Shown here: piece after piece, positions 59,136 to 61,292 of the stretch
How the letters are laid out: each line of letters begins with the position of its first letter
How positions within the stretch are numbered: the first letter of the stretch is position 1
Assembly: GCA_049509155.1 (NCBI GenBank)
Contig: JBELAE010000001.1
Span: 1 to 61,292, forward strand
Direction of reading: 5' to 3'
Length of the DNA: 61,292 bases
Source of the DNA: Candidatus Sulfotelmatobacter sp.
GTDB taxonomy: Bacteria; Acidobacteriota; Terriglobia; Terriglobales; Acidobacteriaceae
Program-made: the position numbers and the translations under genes
Notes under the pieces: model-generated
What the model was told of the DNA's origin: nothing
Databases searched by the model: none
The model's input: the letters and a program-made list of their open reading frames with translations, nothing else

Positions 59136-60386
59136 TCACCCCTGTGGCACTCCCGCTAGGTTGATCACACTCCAGACAACGTAAGCGGCCATCATGGCAG
59201 CGACGCACGCCGCGACCAGAGGCCGGTACGATGTTTCCAGCAAATCAGCCAACACTCCCGAAACGAAGAGGAAGACAAACGGAATCGCCGCCAGCAAAAA
59301 TCCCGCGCCTGCAACATGCGGATGCGCCATCCCCAGCAGGAAGAACAGCACTGCAACCAGCAACGGCGCACTATTACCGAAGTAACGCGTGCGCGGCCAC
59401 GCCGCGTAAGACACCAGGGTCACCGGAAGCCCGAGCGCGAGCGCCGGACACGCCCGCCCAATCTGCACCGCAACCTGCTTGTAGACTCCCCACACGGTGA
59501 ACCCGCGCCAGGTCGCTCCCCAGAACAACGCGTGCCGCATGCTCTCGGCAAACGCGTGCGGATGAAAGGAATACAACGCGAACAGCAGAACAAATCCCAC
59601 CAAGCAAGCCGCGATCCAGATCACCAATCCGGCCTGCCGCCGCACCGGAGCCACATAGAGCAGAAAGCCCAACGCCATCGGCACCAGCACGATCAGCGAA
59701 AATTGCGATCCCACGGCGATGGCCAGCGAAATCCCCAGCAACACGATGCGCCGCCAGTTCCACAGCACCACTTCGCGCGGAGCATACAGCGTGTGCGCGA
59801 CCGCGATGGCCGTGAAAATGGTCCCAAAGGCTCCCCATGCCGCGACGATCTCCGGTTCGGCATGCCACACCGCACTCGCCTGAATGATTAAAGGAGAGAA
59901 ACAGTAGAAGGTGAGCGCGATAAAACCTCCGGTGTTCCCACATAGCCGCCGCGCCACATACCACAACGAAGCGCCCAGGAAGACGCCGCAGGCCAGAAAC
60001 GGAATCCGCGAAAGCCATCGAAAATATCTCGAAGAATCGCTCGCCGCATCGCCCGCCATCTCCTGCGGCGCGCCCAGCAGGGGAGCCGCGGACACAATGT
60101 AGAGCAGCGGCGAATGCTCAGTATCGAAGCCGTTCTCGTTGCTGCGAAACGGGTCTGGGTCAATAGCGTCCGCATCTGAATCAAGCAGCGGAGCTCCGGC
60201 AACGCCGCGTCCGTGTAGCTGTTTCCATCCTTCCTCGATGCGCAATGACTCCGAAGTGTCGGGCCGCTGAGACGTCCGTAGCTCGGAATGCACCAGCCAC
60301 AAAGCCTGCGCCAGAAAAGCCAGCAGCAACAGCCCGGCCAGAAACTGCGGACGTCCGAAGCGTTCGCGCGTGAAGTAAGGATGCAT
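59136..60386 (-). CDS. Polytopic membrane protein, GT-C (GT39/ArnT-like) glycosyltransferase fold suspected
   Basis: 416 aa with about 10 hydrophobic spans and an extracytoplasmic loop after TM1. I could not verify a catalytic motif. Confidence 0.4.
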   Translation of the reverse strand: MHPYFTRERFGRPQFLAGLLLLAFLAQALWLVHSELRTSQRPDTSESLRIEEGWKQLHGRGVAGAPLLDSDADAIDPDPFRSNENGFDTEHSPLLYIVSAAPLLGAPQEMAGDAASDSSRYFRWLSRIPFLACGVFLGASLWYVARRLCGNTGGFIALTFYCFSPLIIQASAVWHAEPEIVAAWGAFGTIFTAIAVAHTLYAPREVVLWNWRRIVLLGISLAIAVGSQFSLIVLVPMALGFLLYVAPVRRQAGLVIWIAACLVGFVLLFALYSFHPHAFAESMRHALFWGATWRGFTVWGVYKQVAVQIGRACPALALGLPVTLVSYAAWPRTRYFGNSAPLLVAVLFFLLGMAHPHVAGAGFLLAAIPFVFLFVSGVLADLLETSYRPLVAACVAAMMAAYVVWSVINLAGVPQG

Positions 60387-60488
60387 AAGGTCGAGCCGAG
60401 TGTTTTACCATGTTCTCCCCAGGGTGTCGATGATAGGGGCTGGGTCGGGTGGAGCTTCCGGTAAACAGGGGTAGTCAGGAGTTGAGCT

Positions 60489-60866
60489 CTAATAGACCGT
60501 TGTACCTGGCCCTGACAGGGACATCTTGAGCTGCACATATGCGGCAGAGGATGAGCCGGAGGGCTTGAAGAGATGGACGTGATTCAGTCGCCCACGCTTG
60601 AATCCATATATCCCGACCTCAATCGCATAATCAGCATCGCCCGCAGCAAAGAACTTCGCATAGCCGTCCTTGTCGGTTTTCTTACCTTCCGATTTTGTTT
60701 TTGCGTCCTCACGTAACGATTTTATCGTCACGTCAGCTCCCGCAATCGGCAACCAGCCGGGGTCAACGACTTGAACAATCAGAGAAGGAGGCTGCGTTTG
60801 CGCTGGCGAATCCTGGCAGGGAGTGGGACCCGTTTGGAGGAAGAAAAGAAACAAGAACATCCACAT
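60489..60866 (-). CDS. Small secreted protein with a carboxypeptidase-regulatory-like beta-sandwich
   Basis: Hydrophobic N-terminus, then LIVQVVDPGWLPIAGADVTIKSL....KTDKDGYAKF. Confidence 0.4.
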   Translation of the reverse strand: MWMFLFLFFLQTGPTPCQDSPAQTQPPSLIVQVVDPGWLPIAGADVTIKSLREDAKTKSEGKKTDKDGYAKFFAAGDADYAIEVGIYGFKRGRLNHVHLFKPSGSSSAAYVQLKMSLSGPGTTVY

Positions 60867-61003
60867 TGGCGGCCTCGCTTCACGAATCTCGATTTAGAAA
60901 TTCCGATTGCGGTTACTGTTGATAAATGCGTAAATCCCGTTCGCCTTTAGCGCGACGTCGGATCTGATGTCACGCCAACCCGTCCTTGACTATAATTTGC
61001 CCG

Positions 61004-61292
61004 ATGCCTGCCTTGAAAGACATCGAGAAAAAGATCGAGGCTCTGCGCGAGAAGATTCGCCACCACGAGCATCTCTACTACGTTCTCGACAATCCCGAAC
61101 TGAGCGACGCCGAATTCGACAAGCTGATGCAGCAACTGAAGAACCTGGAAAGCGAGCATCCGTCGCTCGTGACGCCGGATTCGCCCACCCAGCGCGTAGG
61201 CGGCAAGCCGCGCGAAGGATTCGTCAAAGTGCCGCACTCCTCGCCCATGCTGTCGCTGGACAACACCTACAACGAGGAAGAGCTGCGCGCCT
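61004..61292 (+). CDS. ligA: NAD-dependent DNA ligase, 5'-partial (runs off the window)
   Basis: My translation from the ATG at 61004 gives MPALKDIEKKIEALREKIRHHEHLYYVLDNPELSDAEFDKLMQQLKNLESEHPSLVTPDSPTQRVGGKPREGFVKVPHSSPMLSLDNTYNEEELRA, which is the typical LigA Ia/adenylation N-terminus. Confidence 0.9.
   Translation, partial: MPALKDIEKKIEALREKIRHHEHLYYVLDNPELSDAEFDKLMQQLKNLESEHPSLVTPDSPTQRVGGKPREGFVKVPHSSPMLSLDNTYNEEELRA

Noticed and set aside
60981-60996. TTGAC immediately followed by TATAAT upstream of ligA, considered as an extended -10 or as a -35/-10 pair
   Set aside because: The TTGAC abuts the -10 with zero spacing, so it cannot serve as a -35. The TG is one position off the TGnTATAAT extended -10 consensus.

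Overview
GC-rich bacterial chromosomal window. The gene content looks Acidobacteriota-like: a CarboxypepD_reg-type TonB-dependent receptor, many secreted Ig-repeat and beta-propeller proteins, a BlaI/BlaR1 pair and an ECF sigma operon. That taxonomic guess is inference only.

Layout:
(a) 1-10.1 kb, minus strand: a giant surface-protein locus. An RHS N-terminal module (9066-10133) is followed by a signal peptide plus IPT/TIG repeats (8207-9025). That ORF breaks frame at about 8392-8403. A stop-free frame of about 8.4 kb (8403 down to 1, absent from the ORF track because it runs off the edge) continues with IPT repeats, about a dozen SbsA/Big_5 Ig-like domains, more IPT repeats and then YD/RHS repeats.
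(b) 10.2-11.9 kb: an AT-richer gap and a C-terminally truncated metallophosphoesterase.
(c) 11.9-27.5 kb: a PUL-like beta-galactan utilisation locus. It has GH35, two GH53, a GH2 remnant, a TonB-dependent receptor, a TPR protein and a Y_Y_Y/propeller histidine kinase with a LuxR-type response regulator. Short 13-15 bp-period direct repeats sit in four of its intergenic regions.
(d) 27.4-29.6 kb: a scarred region around tRNA-Ser(GCU). It holds two orphan ORFs, one with an HhH/OGG-like fold, flanked by gene remnants, with no integrase.
(e) 29.6-33 kb: two secreted beta-propeller proteins (Big_2+LVIVD and YVTN-type).
(f) 33.2-45.4 kb: an ABCB-type exporter, then an operon of ECF sigma, large anti-sigma, two ABC ATPase/ABC-2 permease pairs and an M16 peptidase.
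(g) 45.5-53.2 kb: a hexuronate catabolism cluster (uxaC, ManD-type dehydratase, SDR, kdgK, eda, ExuT-like MFS, NagB-like gene).
(h) 53.3-56.8 kb: BlaI-like repressor, BlaR1-like M56 sensor protease and HtrA. The same 17-nt palindrome lies upstream of blaI and of htrA.
(i) 57-61.3 kb: CE15 glucuronoyl esterase, a lectin-fold protein, a GT-C-like membrane protein, a small secreted protein and the 5' end of ligA, which is possibly leaderless.

I saw no CRISPR array, transposase, integrase or canonical defence gene.

The most promising undescribed items are the tRNA-Ser-adjacent two-ORF cassette, the shared BlaI-type operator regulon, the ECF/ABC/M16 operon and the broken adhesin-RHS locus. All functional calls come from reading motifs by eye in the translated ORFs. 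No database search was run.
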